Origin: Clostridiales bacterium DTU072
GTDB lineage: Bacteria > Bacillota > Clostridia > Christensenellales > DTU072
Assembly (NCBI GenBank): GCA_001512685.1
Contig: LFSG01000054.1
Location: 44,310 to 108,309, forward strand
Reading direction: 5' to 3'
DNA: 64,000 nucleotides
Both the position numbers and the translations under genes were made by a program. A model generated the notes under the pieces. That model worked only from the letters and a program-made list of their open reading frames with translations. It was not told the DNA's origin and did not search any database. Positions 9,877 through 20,819 of this stretch are shown one piece after another. Each line of letters starts with the position of its first letter. Positions within the stretch are counted from its first letter, which is position 1.

Positions 9877-10914
9877 ATGAATATTAATGCAAGCATTATA
9901 GGCGCAAGCGGTTATACGGGATTGGAATTAATCAATATTTTATCCCTCCATCCCAATGTTACGCTAAAATACCTTGTAAGCCGTTCCAACAGCGGCAAAA
10001 AGGTTGCAGACCTTTATCCTTCGCTTTACGCGCTGGGAAATAAGGAATTTTCCCACCCTTCCGTAGAAGAAATAGCCAAGCAAAGCGATGTCGTTTTCTT
10101 GGCCTTGCCGCATGGGGAAAGCGCGTCTTTTGCAGGCAAGCTGTACGATTTGGGCGTAAAAGTCATAGATTTATCCGCCGATTTCCGTTATGACAGCTTG
10201 GAGCTGTACGAAAATACTTACGGCATAACCCATCCAAGGAAAGATTTGAACGATAAAGCCGTTTACGGGCTTTGCGAGATTTATCGAAACAACATTAAAA
10301 AAGCCCGTTTGGTGGCCAATCCCGGCTGTTACACCACTTGTTCCATATTGCCGCTATATCCTTTACTTAAAGAAGGAATAATAAAAAGCAACAGTATTAT
10401 TATAGACGCTAAAAGCGGCATAAGCGGAGCAGGCAGAAAAGCTAAGACCGATTATATTTTTTGCGAAACAAGCGAGAATTTCAAAGCTTATTCGTTGACC
10501 AATCACCGCCACACTTCCGAGATTGAAGAAAAATTATCTATTGCGGCCAATCGCCCAATAACGCTGAGCTTTTCCCCTCACTTGCTGCCCATAAAAAGAG
10601 GTATTTTGTGCACCATATATGCGGCGTTGTCCAATATTAACGCCGATATAGAAACAATATATAACGACTTTTATAAAAACGAGCCCTTTGTAAAGATCTT
10701 ACCCGAAACCCTGCTTCCGGAAATTAAAAACGTGGCAGGAAGCAATGATATCCAAATAGGTTTTATAAAAGACAAAAGGCTGAATAGATTAATTATAGTG
10801 TCCTGTCTTGACAATTTAATAAAAGGCGCAAGCGGTCAAGCCGCGCAGAATATGAATATCATGTTCGGCATGGAAGAAACCGCCGCCCTAAAATTCTCCG
10901 CGAGGTATATATAA
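9877..10914 (+). CDS. argC: N-acetyl-gamma-glutamyl-phosphate reductase
   Basis: 345 aa with N-terminal IIGASGYTG, active-site region ANPGCYTT and C-terminal DNLIKGASGQAAQNMN. Confidence 0.95.
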   Translation: MNINASIIGASGYTGLELINILSLHPNVTLKYLVSRSNSGKKVADLYPSLYALGNKEFSHPSVEEIAKQSDVVFLALPHGESASFAGKLYDLGVKVIDLSADFRYDSLELYENTYGITHPRKDLNDKAVYGLCEIYRNNIKKARLVANPGCYTTCSILPLYPLLKEGIIKSNSIIIDAKSGISGAGRKAKTDYIFCETSENFKAYSLTNHRHTSEIEEKLSIAANRPITLSFSPHLLPIKRGILCTIYAALSNINADIETIYNDFYKNEPFVKILPETLLPEIKNVAGSNDIQIGFIKDKRLNRLIIVSCLDNLIKGASGQAAQNMNIMFGMEETAALKFSARYI

Positions 10915-10917
10915 AAA

Positions 10918-11778
10918 ATGGATAAGTTAATAGAAAAAGCCAATATTCTTGCCGAGGCTTTGCCTTATATAAACAAGCTTGCAGGCAAGACCGTAGTAAT
11001 CAAATACGGCGGCAACGCCATGAACGCTCAAAAAGAACATACCATCCTTGAAGACATCGCCATGCTGAAAATCGTGGGCGTCAACCCCATACTGGTACAC
11101 GGCGGAGGGCCTGAGATAAATTTCATGCTCAAAAAGCTTAATATACCTTCAGAATTCCACAACGGTTTAAGGATAACGGACGAAAATACCATCGAAGTTG
11201 TGCAAATGGTTCTTTGCGGCAAGATAAATAAAGATTTAACGGCAAAAATGAATAATCTCGGCGTAAGAGCCATCGGCATATGCGGCAAGGACGCCAATTT
11301 AATTGAAGTAAGCAAAATGGAAACGGGCGACGGATATGACCTCGGTTTTGTGGGAGCCATTAAAAATATTAACACAAAGCTTCTTGAAATACTTATTTCC
11401 GACGAGTTTATCCCCGTTATCGCGCCCATTGGCACAGACGCGGAGGGCAAAAGCTTTAACATCAACGCCGATACCGCCGCCGCCGAAATAGCGGTGGCCC
11501 TAAAAGCCGAAAAGCTTATTTATCTTACCGATATCGATGGAATTTACTTAAACGAAAATGATAAAAACACCCTTTTGAATTTTGCTTCGATAAACGAATT
11601 GCATAAATTAATGGCCGACGGCATTATTCACGGAGGCATGATTCCAAAAGTAAAGGCTTGCATACAAGGCGTGGAAAACGGCATAAAAAGCGTGCATATC
11701 ATTAACGGCAATATCCCCCATCCCGTTATGCTGGAGATATTTACAGATTCCGGCATAGGCACGATGATTACGAAGTAA
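10918..11778 (+). CDS. argB: Acetylglutamate kinase
   Basis: 286 aa with VIKYGGNAM, LVHGGGPEI and NINADTAAAEIA motifs. Confidence 0.95.
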   Translation: MDKLIEKANILAEALPYINKLAGKTVVIKYGGNAMNAQKEHTILEDIAMLKIVGVNPILVHGGGPEINFMLKKLNIPSEFHNGLRITDENTIEVVQMVLCGKINKDLTAKMNNLGVRAIGICGKDANLIEVSKMETGDGYDLGFVGAIKNINTKLLEILISDEFIPVIAPIGTDAEGKSFNINADTAAAEIAVALKAEKLIYLTDIDGIYLNENDKNTLLNFASINELHKLMADGIIHGGMIPKVKACIQGVENGIKSVHIINGNIPHPVMLEIFTDSGIGTMITK

Positions 11779-11787
11779 GAAGATATT

Positions 11788-12291
11788 ATGAAAATAGTAC
11801 CGGCAAAAATAAGCCAAGCGGCGGAAATTCATCAATTGACTAAAATCGCTTTTCAGCAATACAAGGAGCAGCTAAACGATGAAGTAACCGTTTCGGCGCT
11901 TGAAGAGACCGTTGAAGATGTCATAAGGGATATCGAAAACAATACCGTTATTGTCGCCGTGCGCCACGGCAAAATAATAGGCTGCATAAGAATCGAAAAA
12001 TTAACGGATGAGCTTGCCTATATTTACCGTTTTGCGGTATCCCCCGAAGAAAGCGGCGCGGGAGTGGGCTCTCAGCTGTTGTCTTACGCCATCGAAGAAT
12101 GCGAGGAAATGCAAGTTAAAGCAATTGCCTTGCACACCAACACCAAATATTACCAATTGGCAAGGTATTATTACGGCAAAGGTTTTTTTGTGCATTCCAC
12201 AACTTTCGACAGAGGCTACATAAGAGCGCTGTTCATAAAAGAGCTTGCGGAAAATCAAAATTATGACATTACTCCGGCGCTGAAAAAATAA
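11788..12291 (+). CDS. GNAT family N-acetyltransferase (arg-operon associated)
   Basis: 167 aa with GNAT motif A region YRFAVSPEESGAGVGSQLL. Starts 10 nt after the argB stop. Confidence 0.8.
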   Translation: MKIVPAKISQAAEIHQLTKIAFQQYKEQLNDEVTVSALEETVEDVIRDIENNTVIVAVRHGKIIGCIRIEKLTDELAYIYRFAVSPEESGAGVGSQLLSYAIEECEEMQVKAIALHTNTKYYQLARYYYGKGFFVHSTTFDRGYIRALFIKELAENQNYDITPALKK

Positions 12292-12303
12292 CTATACATT
12301 TTC

Positions 12304-12780
12304 TTAAAGATATTGCCTTATTTTCAGCCATTGCTCAATATCAAATCTTACATTGGCGCTGCTGGTTGAACACAGATACTCGACATCATATTGGGGAAAA
12401 TGCTTTTTCATAAGGTTGTACGCCAATTTCCCGTTAGCGAATATTTTCATTTTTTCAATATTTTTTATGCTTGCAAGATCGTTCAACGTGATGTTCTTTA
12501 TGGCGCTGTCCAAAGAGCCTTTTCTTTAACAGCTGAAGATTACATCCCACAGCGCCACGCCGTTATCCAACATCATTTTCTTTTTTTGCTCTATCGTTTG
12601 CGGATATTCGGCGTTTAATACATAAGCCATTACTTTCCAAAACCTATTTGTTTTGTGCATATAATAAAATGAATGCTCCAAAGATTTTATGCTGGGCATG
12701 CTGCCCAGAATCAGCACTTTGCAGCTGTCGTTATAAATCGGAGCGAAACACTTTATTATTTTATCTCCATGCGTAAACAT
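12304..12780 (-). pseudogene. DNA-deoxyinosine (hypoxanthine) glycosylase, UDG family-6-like, interrupted by one in-frame TAA
   Basis: ORFs 12526-12780 and 12304-12513 are in the same frame. Read through the stop, the sequence is ...LWDVIFSC*RKGSLDSAIKN... across TAA (complement of 12526-12528). N-terminal part has ILGSMPS and NRFWK; C-terminal part has STSSAN. Confidence 0.6.
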
Positions 12781-12799
12781 ATGTTTATTATAACATAAA

Positions 12800-12831
12800 A
12801 AATAAAAGAGTCCGCGGTTTACGGACTCTTT
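12800..12831 (-). terminator. Rho-independent terminator after tuf
   Basis: Stem AGAGTCCG/CGGACTCT (12807-12814 / 12822-12829) followed on the minus strand by CTTTTATTTTTT. Confidence 0.7.
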
Positions 12832-12855
12832 ATTTGCTGATTATTGTTTAGTTTA

Positions 12856-14061
12856 TTATTCGATTATTGAAGTAATAACACCCGATCCCACAGTGCGGCC
12901 GCCTTCGCGGATAGCAAAACGAAGACCTTGCTCCATAGCGATGGGGGTGATAAGCTTTATGTCCATGTCAACATTGTCGCCGGGCATAACCATTTCCACG
13001 CCTTCGGGAAGAGTGATTGAGCCGGTAACGTCGGTGGTACGGAAATAGAATTGAGGACGGTATCCGTTAAAGAAAGGAGTATGCCTTCCGCCTTCTTCTT
13101 TCTTAAGCACATACACTTGAGCTTTGAAGCGGGTATAGGGCTTGATTGAGCCGACTTTGGCAAGCACTTGGCCTCTTTCGATTTCCGTTCTGTCGATACC
13201 TCTGAGTAAAGCTCCGATATTGTCGCCCGCTTGAGCATAGTCAAGCAGCTTCCTGAACATTTCTATGCCGGTAACGGTAGTTTCTTTGGCTTTGTCCATA
13301 AGTCCGACTATCTCAACTTTATCCTGCAGCTTCAATTGACCTCTTTCAACTCTGCCAGTAGCCACAGTGCCGCGGCCGGTGATTGTAAAGACGTCTTCAA
13401 CAGGCATAAGGAAAGGCTTGTCAACGTCTCTTTCAGGTTCGGGAATATAATTGTCAAGAGCATCAAGCAATTCCTTAATGGGTTGACATTCGGGCGCGTC
13501 CACATTGCCGGCTGAAGCGGCTTCAAGAGCTTTAAGCGCCGAACCTTTAATTACGGGCACATCATCGCCGGGGAACTCATATTCGGTAAGCAGGTCTCTG
13601 ATCTCCATCTCAACAAGGTCAAGAAGTTCGGGATCGTCAACTTGGTCTACTTTATTCATGAATACCACTATATAAGGAACGCCAACCTGACGAGCAAGCA
13701 ATATGTGCTCGCGGGTTTGAGGCATGGGACCGTCAGTGGAAGCCACAACCAATATCGAGCCGTCCATCTGAGCGGCGCCCGTTATCATGTTCTTTACATA
13801 GTCCGCGTGTCCGGGGCAGTCAACGTGCGCGTAATGCCTTTTTTCTGTTTGATATTCAACGTGAGATGTGTTTATTGTGATTCCTCTTGCTTTTTCTTCC
13901 GGAGCCTTATCAATTTCATCATATTTGACTTTTTGAGCAAGACCGGATGCCGCCGAAACCATTGTGATGGCAGCTGTTAAGGTTGTCTTCCCATGGTCAA
14001 CGTGACCAATTGTACCGACATTAATATGGGGTTTTGTTCTTTCAAATTTTGCTTTTGCCAT
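12856..14061 (-). CDS. tuf: Elongation factor Tu
   Basis: 401 aa with [18 protein letters not shown] and NKVD motifs. Full-length match to the EF-Tu pattern. Confidence 0.98.
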   Translation of the reverse strand: MAKAKFERTKPHINVGTIGHVDHGKTTLTAAITMVSAASGLAQKVKYDEIDKAPEEKARGITINTSHVEYQTEKRHYAHVDCPGHADYVKNMITGAAQMDGSILVVASTDGPMPQTREHILLARQVGVPYIVVFMNKVDQVDDPELLDLVEMEIRDLLTEYEFPGDDVPVIKGSALKALEAASAGNVDAPECQPIKELLDALDNYIPEPERDVDKPFLMPVEDVFTITGRGTVATGRVERGQLKLQDKVEIVGLMDKAKETTVTGIEMFRKLLDYAQAGDNIGALLRGIDRTEIERGQVLAKVGSIKPYTRFKAQVYVLKKEEGGRHTPFFNGYRPQFYFRTTDVTGSITLPEGVEMVMPGDNVDMDIKLITPIAMEQGLRFAIREGGRTVGSGVITSIIE

Positions 14062-14109
14062 TTAATATGTCCTCCAATAATTTTACATTCTTTTTTATTT
14101 GTATTACCT

Positions 14110-14138
14110 ATTATATAATATTTTATTTATCTTGTCAT
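14110..14138 (-). promoter_or_regulatory. Possible internal promoter for tuf
   Basis: Minus strand reads ATGACA-17 nt-TATAAT in the fusA-tuf spacer. Confidence 0.4.
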
Positions 14139-14196
14139 CTAATTTCACATCTTTTTTTAATGAAAAAACATTAAAAAAAGATAAATTATTTGCCTT

Positions 14197-16275
14197 TTAT
14201 CCGGAAACAATGTTGTCCAGCAGCTTTTTCCGCTCGCTTAAAGGCGCTTCGGTATAGCATTTCAATTGCATGCTGCTTTGCCCCCTTCCTTGAGTTACGC
14301 TCCTTAAAACTGTGGTATATCCAAACATTTCCGAGAGCGGCACATCCGCTAAAATAACCTTTGCTCCGTGGCGGTCGGTCATGGATCTTACGCTGCCTCT
14401 CCTTGAGGAAAGCGAACTAAGCACCGCTCCCAAATATTCTTCGGGAACAATCACTTCCACTTCCATCATGGGCTCAAGCAAAGTGGGATCGGCTTTTGAA
14501 GCGGCGTCTTTGAAGGCCATGGAGCCTGCGATCTTAAACGCCATTTCGCTTGAATCGACTTCATGATAACTGCCGTCGACAAGCCTTACTTTGAAATCCA
14601 CCATTTCATATCCCAAAAGCGCTCCGCCCATGGCAGCTTCCCTTATGCCTTCTTCAATAGGCTTGATATACTCTTTGGGTATCACTCCGCCCACAATCTC
14701 GTCCACAAATTCAAAGCCTTTTCCCGCCTCGTTAGGCGATATGATAATTTTGCATACTCCGTATTGTCCTCTGCCCCCGGTTTGTTTAACATATCTGCCT
14801 TCGCCGACGGCTTCTTTCTTAATGGCTTCCCTATAAGCTACCTGCGGCTGGCCTATATTCGCTTCCACCTTAAATTCCCTAAGCAGCCTGTCTACTATTA
14901 TTTCCAAATGCAATTCGCCCATACCGGCTATAATGGTTTGCCCGGTCTCTTTATCGGTATAGGCCTTAAAGGTGGGGTCTTCCTCGGCAAGCTTGGATAA
15001 AGCCATTCCCATTCTTTCTTGACTGCTTTTCGTTTTGGGCTCAATCGCCACTCTTACCACGGGATCGGGAAAGTCCATGCTTTCAAGAATAATGGGACTG
15101 TGGGAGGCGCACAAAGTGTCGCCGGTGGTGGTTTCTTTAAGTCCGATAAGCGCCACAATATCGCCAGCATAAGCTTCTTCAATCTCCATTCTGTGGTTGG
15201 AATGCATTCTTAAAATTCTGCTGATTCTTTCCTTATGCTGCTTTGTGCTGTTATATACCTGCATTCCCGTCTTGATTGATCCGCTGTAAACTCTGAAATA
15301 TACCAATTTCCCCACAAAGGGGTCAACGGCAACCTTAAAAGCAAGTCCGCTCAAGGGCTCGTCGTCGCTTGAATGTCGTGCCTCTTCCTTACCCTTTTCG
15401 TTTACGCCTTTGATTGATTCCACATCCAAAGGAGAAGGCAAAAGGTCCACAACGGCGTCAAGAAGCCTTTGCACTCCTTTGTTTTTGTAAGCGGTGCCGC
15501 AAAGGACGGGGGTTATGTCAAGCTTTATGGTGGCTATTCTCAACGCTTTTATTATTTCTTCTTCGTTAAGTTTTTGGCCCTCCAGTACCTTCATCATGAT
15601 TTCATCGTCATAATCGGCGCAAATCTCTTCCAATTCCGCTCTTGCTTTGGCTACTTGCTCTTTGTACTCTTGGGGCACTTCGTCATAGATTATGTTAATG
15701 CCGCTGCTGTCGCCGTAGCGTATGGCTTTTTCTTTAATAACATCTATTATGCCTTCGAAAGTATCTTCGCTGCCTATAGGCAAAGTTATGGCCACGGGTT
15801 TTGTATGAAGCCTTGTCCGCATCATTTCCATAACATTAAAGAAATCGGCTCCGTTTATATCCATTTTGTTAATAAATGCTATCCTCGGCACCTTGTATTT
15901 ATTCGCCTGCCTCCATACCGTTTCCGATTGAGGCTCCACGCCGCCTTTTGCGCAAAAAACAGCCACTGCCCCGTCAAGCACTCTCAAGCTTCTTTCCACC
16001 TCCACCGTAAAATCCACGTGTCCCGGGGTGTCAATAAGATTGATGCAATGCCCTTTCCATTGAGTGGTCGTGGCTGCCGAAACTATGGTTATGCCTCTTT
16101 CTTGTTCCTGAGCCATCCAGTCCATGGTAGCGGTGCCCTCGTGCACCTCGCCCACCTTATGGACTTTGTTGGTATAAAACAAGATCCTTTCGCTGGTAGT
16201 GGTTTTACCGGCGTCAATATGCGCCATAATTCCGATATTTCTTATCTTTTCTAACGGATAGTCTCTTGACATCAT
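14197..16275 (-). CDS. fusA: Elongation factor G
   Basis: 692 aa with [17 protein letters not shown] and NKMD motifs, downstream of rpsG. Confidence 0.98.
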   Translation of the reverse strand: MMSRDYPLEKIRNIGIMAHIDAGKTTTSERILFYTNKVHKVGEVHEGTATMDWMAQEQERGITIVSAATTTQWKGHCINLIDTPGHVDFTVEVERSLRVLDGAVAVFCAKGGVEPQSETVWRQANKYKVPRIAFINKMDINGADFFNVMEMMRTRLHTKPVAITLPIGSEDTFEGIIDVIKEKAIRYGDSSGINIIYDEVPQEYKEQVAKARAELEEICADYDDEIMMKVLEGQKLNEEEIIKALRIATIKLDITPVLCGTAYKNKGVQRLLDAVVDLLPSPLDVESIKGVNEKGKEEARHSSDDEPLSGLAFKVAVDPFVGKLVYFRVYSGSIKTGMQVYNSTKQHKERISRILRMHSNHRMEIEEAYAGDIVALIGLKETTTGDTLCASHSPIILESMDFPDPVVRVAIEPKTKSSQERMGMALSKLAEEDPTFKAYTDKETGQTIIAGMGELHLEIIVDRLLREFKVEANIGQPQVAYREAIKKEAVGEGRYVKQTGGRGQYGVCKIIISPNEAGKGFEFVDEIVGGVIPKEYIKPIEEGIREAAMGGALLGYEMVDFKVRLVDGSYHEVDSSEMAFKIAGSMAFKDAASKADPTLLEPMMEVEVIVPEEYLGAVLSSLSSRRGSVRSMTDRHGAKVILADVPLSEMFGYTTVLRSVTQGRGQSSMQLKCYTEAPLSERKKLLDNIVSG

Positions 16276-16393
16276 TACTCCTAATCTATTGAGTTCATCT
16301 TGAATAGTATGTTCTACTCCAATGCTTTTTTTATTATGTTATCAAAAAAGCGGCATAAGGTATGCCGCTCTTTTACCAGTTTTCGCCTTTTAA

Positions 16394-16864
16394 TCAAAAC
16401 CTGTAATGAGCGTACGCCTTATTGGCTTCAGCCATTCTGTGGGTATCTTCTTTCTTTTTGAAAGCGCCTCCGCTGCTGTTATACGCATCCATAATCTCAG
16501 CGGCCAGTCTTTCTTTCATCGTTCTTTCGCTTCTCTTCCTGGCAAAAAGCACCAGCCATCTGATTCCCAAAGTTTGCCTTCTGTCAGGCCTTATCTCTAA
16601 AGGCACTTGATAATTTGAACCGCCCACCCTGCGAGCTTTAACCTCAAGAACCGGCATTACATTCTCAAGGGCTTTCATGAATACTTCCTGCGGGTTTAAG
16701 TTCATTTTCTTCTCTATTATATCAAAAGCGCTGTATACGATATTTTGCGCTATTCCGCGTTTGCCGTCAAGCATTACCTGATTTATCAATTTGGTGGTAA
16801 CCTTTGAATTATATATGGGGTCAGGTAAGACATCACGCTTGGGGACTCCACTTCTTCTGGGCAT
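16394..16864 (-). CDS. rpsG: 30S ribosomal protein S7
   Basis: 156 aa: [20 protein letters not shown]...KAYAHYRF. Confidence 0.97.
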   Translation of the reverse strand: MPRRSGVPKRDVLPDPIYNSKVTTKLINQVMLDGKRGIAQNIVYSAFDIIEKKMNLNPQEVFMKALENVMPVLEVKARRVGGSNYQVPLEIRPDRRQTLGIRWLVLFARKRSERTMKERLAAEIMDAYNSSGGAFKKKEDTHRMAEANKAYAHYRF

Positions 16865-16917
16865 TTATAAATTAACCTCCTACTGCATTCTAATGGTTGA
16901 ATAATATCATCCTATGA

Positions 16918-17289
16918 TTATTTAGGCTTTTTGGCGCCGTATTTTGACCTTGCCTGTTTTCTCTTGTCCACGCCTGCCGTATCAAGCGTGCCGCGTATGA
17001 TATGATAACGCACGCCGGGAAGATCCTTAACCCTGCCGCCTCTTACCAAAACCACGCTGTGTTCCTGCAAGGTATGACCGATACCGGGAATATAGACGGT
17101 ACCTTCCATGCCGTTTACAAGGCGGACCCTGGCAATCTTTCTAACAGCGGAATTGGGCTTTTTGGGCGTAGTCGTGGTAACCGAAAGACATACTCCTCTT
17201 TTTTGAGGGCATTCCTCCAACATGGGAGCCTGTGACTTTCTGGTTTGACGCTGTCTTCCCTGCCTTATAAGCTGGTTAATTGTAGGCAT
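16918..17289 (-). CDS. rpsL: 30S ribosomal protein S12
   Basis: [12 protein letters not shown]...PKKPNSA...[14 protein letters not shown]. Start set to ATG at 17289, preceded by GGAGGAAG; the track ORF begins 13 codons further upstream. Confidence 0.97.
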   Translation of the reverse strand: MPTINQLIRQGRQRQTRKSQAPMLEECPQKRGVCLSVTTTTPKKPNSAVRKIARVRLVNGMEGTVYIPGIGHTLQEHSVVLVRGGRVKDLPGVRYHIIRGTLDTAGVDKRKQARSKYGAKKPK

Positions 17290-17330
17290 TGCTTCCTCCT
17301 TTAAGTTTTTGGATGAGTATCCGTTCAACC

Positions 17331-17600
17331 CTAATCAGATAACTCTTTTTGCTGTTTCTTGACTCCGCATACCGAACAAGCAACATCCAGCTTCAGAAGC
17401 TTCCCCATTTCGATTCTGGATTTATAAAAATCGTAAGGGATATTCTTTTGCCGGCAAAGTCCAGTTATCTGCGCAATCATTTCTTCATCTGTATCCATCG
17501 CAATCACCACACACCGAAGGCGATTGTTGTTGGCTGCTTTTCTTACCTGCCTGAAACCGATTATTCTGTTTTCGGGCGGTTCTTTCAAGATTTTGTCCAT
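17331..17600 (-). CDS. L7Ae-family ribosome-associated K-turn-binding protein (YbxF/RplGB-like)
   Basis: 89 aa lying immediately upstream of rpsL, as B. subtilis ybxF does. Contains an L7Ae-like core ([28 protein letters not shown]). Confidence 0.7.
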   Translation of the reverse strand: MDKILKEPPENRIIGFRQVRKAANNNRLRCVVIAMDTDEEMIAQITGLCRQKNIPYDFYKSRIEMGKLLKLDVACSVCGVKKQQKELSD

Positions 17601-17720
17601 TAATCACTCCTTAATGAACACGCTTCCCCCTATCTCATTTTTAAACATGTATAATGACTTATTTTCCAATCATTATCTTATTAAACATAAAAGCCTGCAT
17701 TTCACTCTGCAAGCTAAACT

Positions 17721-17749
17721 ATTATATCAACCAATAAGAGCGTTGTCAA
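17721..17749 (-). promoter_or_regulatory. Consensus SigA-type promoter of the L7Ae-rpsL-rpsG-fusA-tuf operon
   Basis: Minus strand reads TTGACA (17744-17749)-17 nt-TATAAT (17721-17726), a perfect consensus, about 120 nt upstream of the L7Ae-like start. Confidence 0.65.
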
Positions 17750-17875
17750 ATAAAATCATAAAATAATCGCATTTTGTAATTATATTTATGCTTTCACCGA
17801 TTTCACAATCTTTTAATCGCTTTTTTGACCGAACAAAGCAGCCTAAAGCGGCAAGGTTTTATATGAAATGGCATT

Positions 17876-18619
17876 TCAGTTATCGACTGCCATGTTTTTG
17901 TTTTCGTTTCGCGGTATGAAGGAAGTTTTATATCTTTCAAAACTTGCCGCCTGCGCCAAAGTCAAAAGTATAATCTTCCCCGCTCCGCATTGTTTCAAAA
18001 CCTTACAGCATTCCGAAGCCGTGGCTCCCGTCGTGATTACGTCGTCAATTAAAATTATGGTTTTCCCTTTAATATCGGTGTCTTTTTTATCCTTTGCGGC
18101 ATAAAAAAGCCCCTTGATATTCTTGTACCTGTCCGCGCTTTCGGTCTGGTCCAAGCCTTTATTTGATCTTTCCAAGCAATGCGTTATCTTCAAAGAAGAT
18201 AACTCCGCAAACTTTTCCGCCACCAATTTCATGGGGTCAAAACCTCTTTGCCGCGTCTTTTGGGGCGAGCAAGGCGTATAGGCTACGCAATCGGCTTTTA
18301 TTTCCTTTTGGCTATAAACATCATAAAGCATCTTGGCGATATATTCGGCAAGATAAGCTTTCTTTCCGTCCTTAAAGCCTACCACTATGTTTTTTATCTT
18401 TCCCTCATAATCATAAACGGTAAAAAACTCGCTAAAGCCCAAGGCGGCATTCTCTATTATCTGAGGTTTGTCGCCGATATAATTTATTTCTTGCTGACAT
18501 TTAACGCAAACGCAATGCTTTCTTTCCTCTTCATATCGCAATTCATTGTCACAGCATATGCAAGTAACATCGGAAGGAAAAAGGGCGTTTATTATCGCTT
18601 TCAAAAACCTTTTAATCAT
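17876..18619 (-). CDS. comFC: ComF family protein (ComFC-like phosphoribosyltransferase-fold)
   Basis: 247 aa with N-terminal Zn-finger cysteines (CICCDNEL...CVKCQQE) and a PRTase motif IILIDDVITTGATA. Confidence 0.85.
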   Translation of the reverse strand: MIKRFLKAIINALFPSDVTCICCDNELRYEEERKHCVCVKCQQEINYIGDKPQIIENAALGFSEFFTVYDYEGKIKNIVVGFKDGKKAYLAEYIAKMLYDVYSQKEIKADCVAYTPCSPQKTRQRGFDPMKLVAEKFAELSSLKITHCLERSNKGLDQTESADRYKNIKGLFYAAKDKKDTDIKGKTIILIDDVITTGATASECCKVLKQCGAGKIILLTLAQAASFERYKTSFIPRNENKNMAVDN

Positions 18620-18627
18620 AATAATTA

Positions 18628-20817
18628 TTAATTTATTCCCTTCAATATTTGAAACTTATGGCTGTTCAACTCAAGAAGATGCGGCAATAGCGAAAATCTT
18701 TTTGAGGTAAAGGTGTTCTTTACCATTTTCTTGATGTTCTTTTCATCCCCCACAAGCACCACCATTTCTTTTGCCCTTGTTACGGCGGTATACAATAAAT
18801 TCTTGGTTAATATGGCGTAGCTGCCCGAAGTAATGGCCATAATCACTACGGGAAATTCAGAGCCTTGGGATTTATGCACGCTTATGCAGTATGCCGTCAT
18901 AAGCTCCTCTATTTCGTCATCTTTATACCTTACAATTTTATTGTCCTCAAACTCAACGATAATCTCATTATCCCTAATATCGACAATATATCCGATATCT
19001 CCGTTAAAAACACCCGTTCCGCTTTCTTTTGTAAAATCGGATTTTATCCATTCTAAAGCGTAATTGTTGACGGTATGCATGACCTTGTCGCCCACCCTGA
19101 ACAGTTTGTTTTTGTAAATTATCTGTTTGCCTTGAGGATTAAGCGCCTTTTGTAATTCCTTATTAAGCGCTTCCACTCCCGCCGCGCCTTTTTTTATGGG
19201 AGCAAGCACCTGAATTTCTTTGGGGGTGATATTTAAGTATCCAGGAATTCTTGAAGATGCCATTGTTATTACGCTTCTTTTAATATCTTCGGGAGAGCTC
19301 TTATTGTCTATAAAAAAGTCCTTGCAATTTTCCGTTACCGGATATTGGCAATTGTTTATTCTGTGGGCGTTGACCACAATCATGCTTTTCTTTGCCTGTC
19401 TATAGATTTCATTAAGGTATACGGTACAAAACATGCCGCTGCTTATCATATCCGACAGAATATTGCCGCACGCTACCGAAGGCAACTGGTCTTTGTCGCC
19501 TACAAGAATAAGTCTGGCTCCGCCGGGCATAGCTTTGAGCAAATAATTAAAAATAAAAATATCGGCCATGCTGATTTCGTCCACAATAACCACATCATAA
19601 TCCAAAATGTTAATTTGGCTGAAATCAAAATTTTTTCCCGTTATGCCAAGCAGTCTATGAATGGTTTTGGCTTCTTCTCCCGTCGCCTGAGTCATTCTTT
19701 TTGCCGCTCTTCCCGTAGGCGCCGCAAGCGCCACTTTTTTACCCCTTTGCTTTAATATCGTAGTCAAGCATTTTATTATGGTGGTCTTTCCCGTTCCCGG
19801 ACCGCCCGTTATTATTACCACCCCTTCGTCAAGCGATTTTTTTACGGCTTCTTTTTGGTTCTGATCCAAAATTATATTGTTTGTTTTTTGGTAATTCTGC
19901 AATTCTGTCAGGCAATCGATATCCAAATCGCTTCGCATGTTATTGAGCATGACCAGCTTGGCGGCTATGGCGTTTTCGGTGTTATAGATGTAACTAAGCG
20001 ATATGTATTCTTCGCCTTGATATTCGGTTTTTTTAATGCTGTAATATTCGTTATCTATTATCCTTTCAATTCTTTCTTTGTCAAAGACCGAGGTCAAAGC
20101 CATGGTGTCTTTGATTAATATGTTTTTAGGCAAACAGGTATGCCCGTTTTTTTGCGACGCCTCTTTCAACGCATGCAAAAGCGCGGCCTTTAAGCGGAAA
20201 TCGCTGTCTTTTTCTATGCCCATTCTTTCGGCAATTTTATCGGCCGTCAAAAACCCTATGCCTTCAATGTCTTCCACTAATTTATAAGGATTGCTCTTTA
20301 CGATATAAACGGTGTCCTCTTCATATTCTTTATATATTTTTAGCGCGATTTGCGTGGTTATGCCGTATTTTTGCAAAAAAATCAAAGCGTCCCTAACTTT
20401 GCTGCTTTCCATGTAACATCTTTCAATGTCCGCCGCTTTTTTGGCGCCAATACCGGGCACCTTCATCAGCTTTTGGGGCGTTTTTTCTATTATTTCCAAC
20501 GTTTTGTCCCCGAAATAATTCACTATGGCTTCCGCCGTCGCTTTCCCCACGCCCGTAAAAAGTCCGCTGGCAAGATATCTTTTTATGCCCTCGGCATCGT
20601 CGGGTTTTATGAATTCAAAACTCTCCACCATGAATTGCTCGCCAAACTTTGCGTTAAACTTCATTTCACCGTTAAGCTTCAGCGTTTCGCCTTGATTAAT
20701 AATAGGAAAAATGCCGACAGCGACAATCAAATCGCCGTCGGCATCCACATTCATTACGGTATAGCCGTTCTCTTCATTCCTGAAAATTATATCTTCGACA
20801 GTTCCTTTTATAGTCAT
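18628..20817 (-). CDS. recD2: RecD2/YrrC-type ATP-dependent 5'-3' DNA helicase
   Basis: 729 aa. N-terminus is G-V-I-F-N-NGY-like (GTVEDIIFRNEENGYTV). Walker A ITGGPGTGKTT. Also LVGDKDQLPSV and SVHKSQGSEF. Confidence 0.9.
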   Translation of the reverse strand: MTIKGTVEDIIFRNEENGYTVMNVDADGDLIVAVGIFPIINQGETLKLNGEMKFNAKFGEQFMVESFEFIKPDDAEGIKRYLASGLFTGVGKATAEAIVNYFGDKTLEIIEKTPQKLMKVPGIGAKKAADIERCYMESSKVRDALIFLQKYGITTQIALKIYKEYEEDTVYIVKSNPYKLVEDIEGIGFLTADKIAERMGIEKDSDFRLKAALLHALKEASQKNGHTCLPKNILIKDTMALTSVFDKERIERIIDNEYYSIKKTEYQGEEYISLSYIYNTENAIAAKLVMLNNMRSDLDIDCLTELQNYQKTNNIILDQNQKEAVKKSLDEGVVIITGGPGTGKTTIIKCLTTILKQRGKKVALAAPTGRAAKRMTQATGEEAKTIHRLLGITGKNFDFSQINILDYDVVIVDEISMADIFIFNYLLKAMPGGARLILVGDKDQLPSVACGNILSDMISSGMFCTVYLNEIYRQAKKSMIVVNAHRINNCQYPVTENCKDFFIDNKSSPEDIKRSVITMASSRIPGYLNITPKEIQVLAPIKKGAAGVEALNKELQKALNPQGKQIIYKNKLFRVGDKVMHTVNNYALEWIKSDFTKESGTGVFNGDIGYIVDIRDNEIIVEFEDNKIVRYKDDEIEELMTAYCISVHKSQGSEFPVVIMAITSGSYAILTKNLLYTAVTRAKEMVVLVGDEKNIKKMVKNTFTSKRFSLLPHLLELNSHKFQILKGIN

Positions 20818-20819
20818 TT

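Noticed and set aside
12526-12528. Possibility that the in-frame TAA in the glycosylase gene reflects stop-codon reassignment or programmed read-through.
   Set aside because: TAA terminates neighbouring essential genes such as tuf at the expected position, and no other gene in the window has an internal TAA. A nonsense mutation or sequencing error is simpler.
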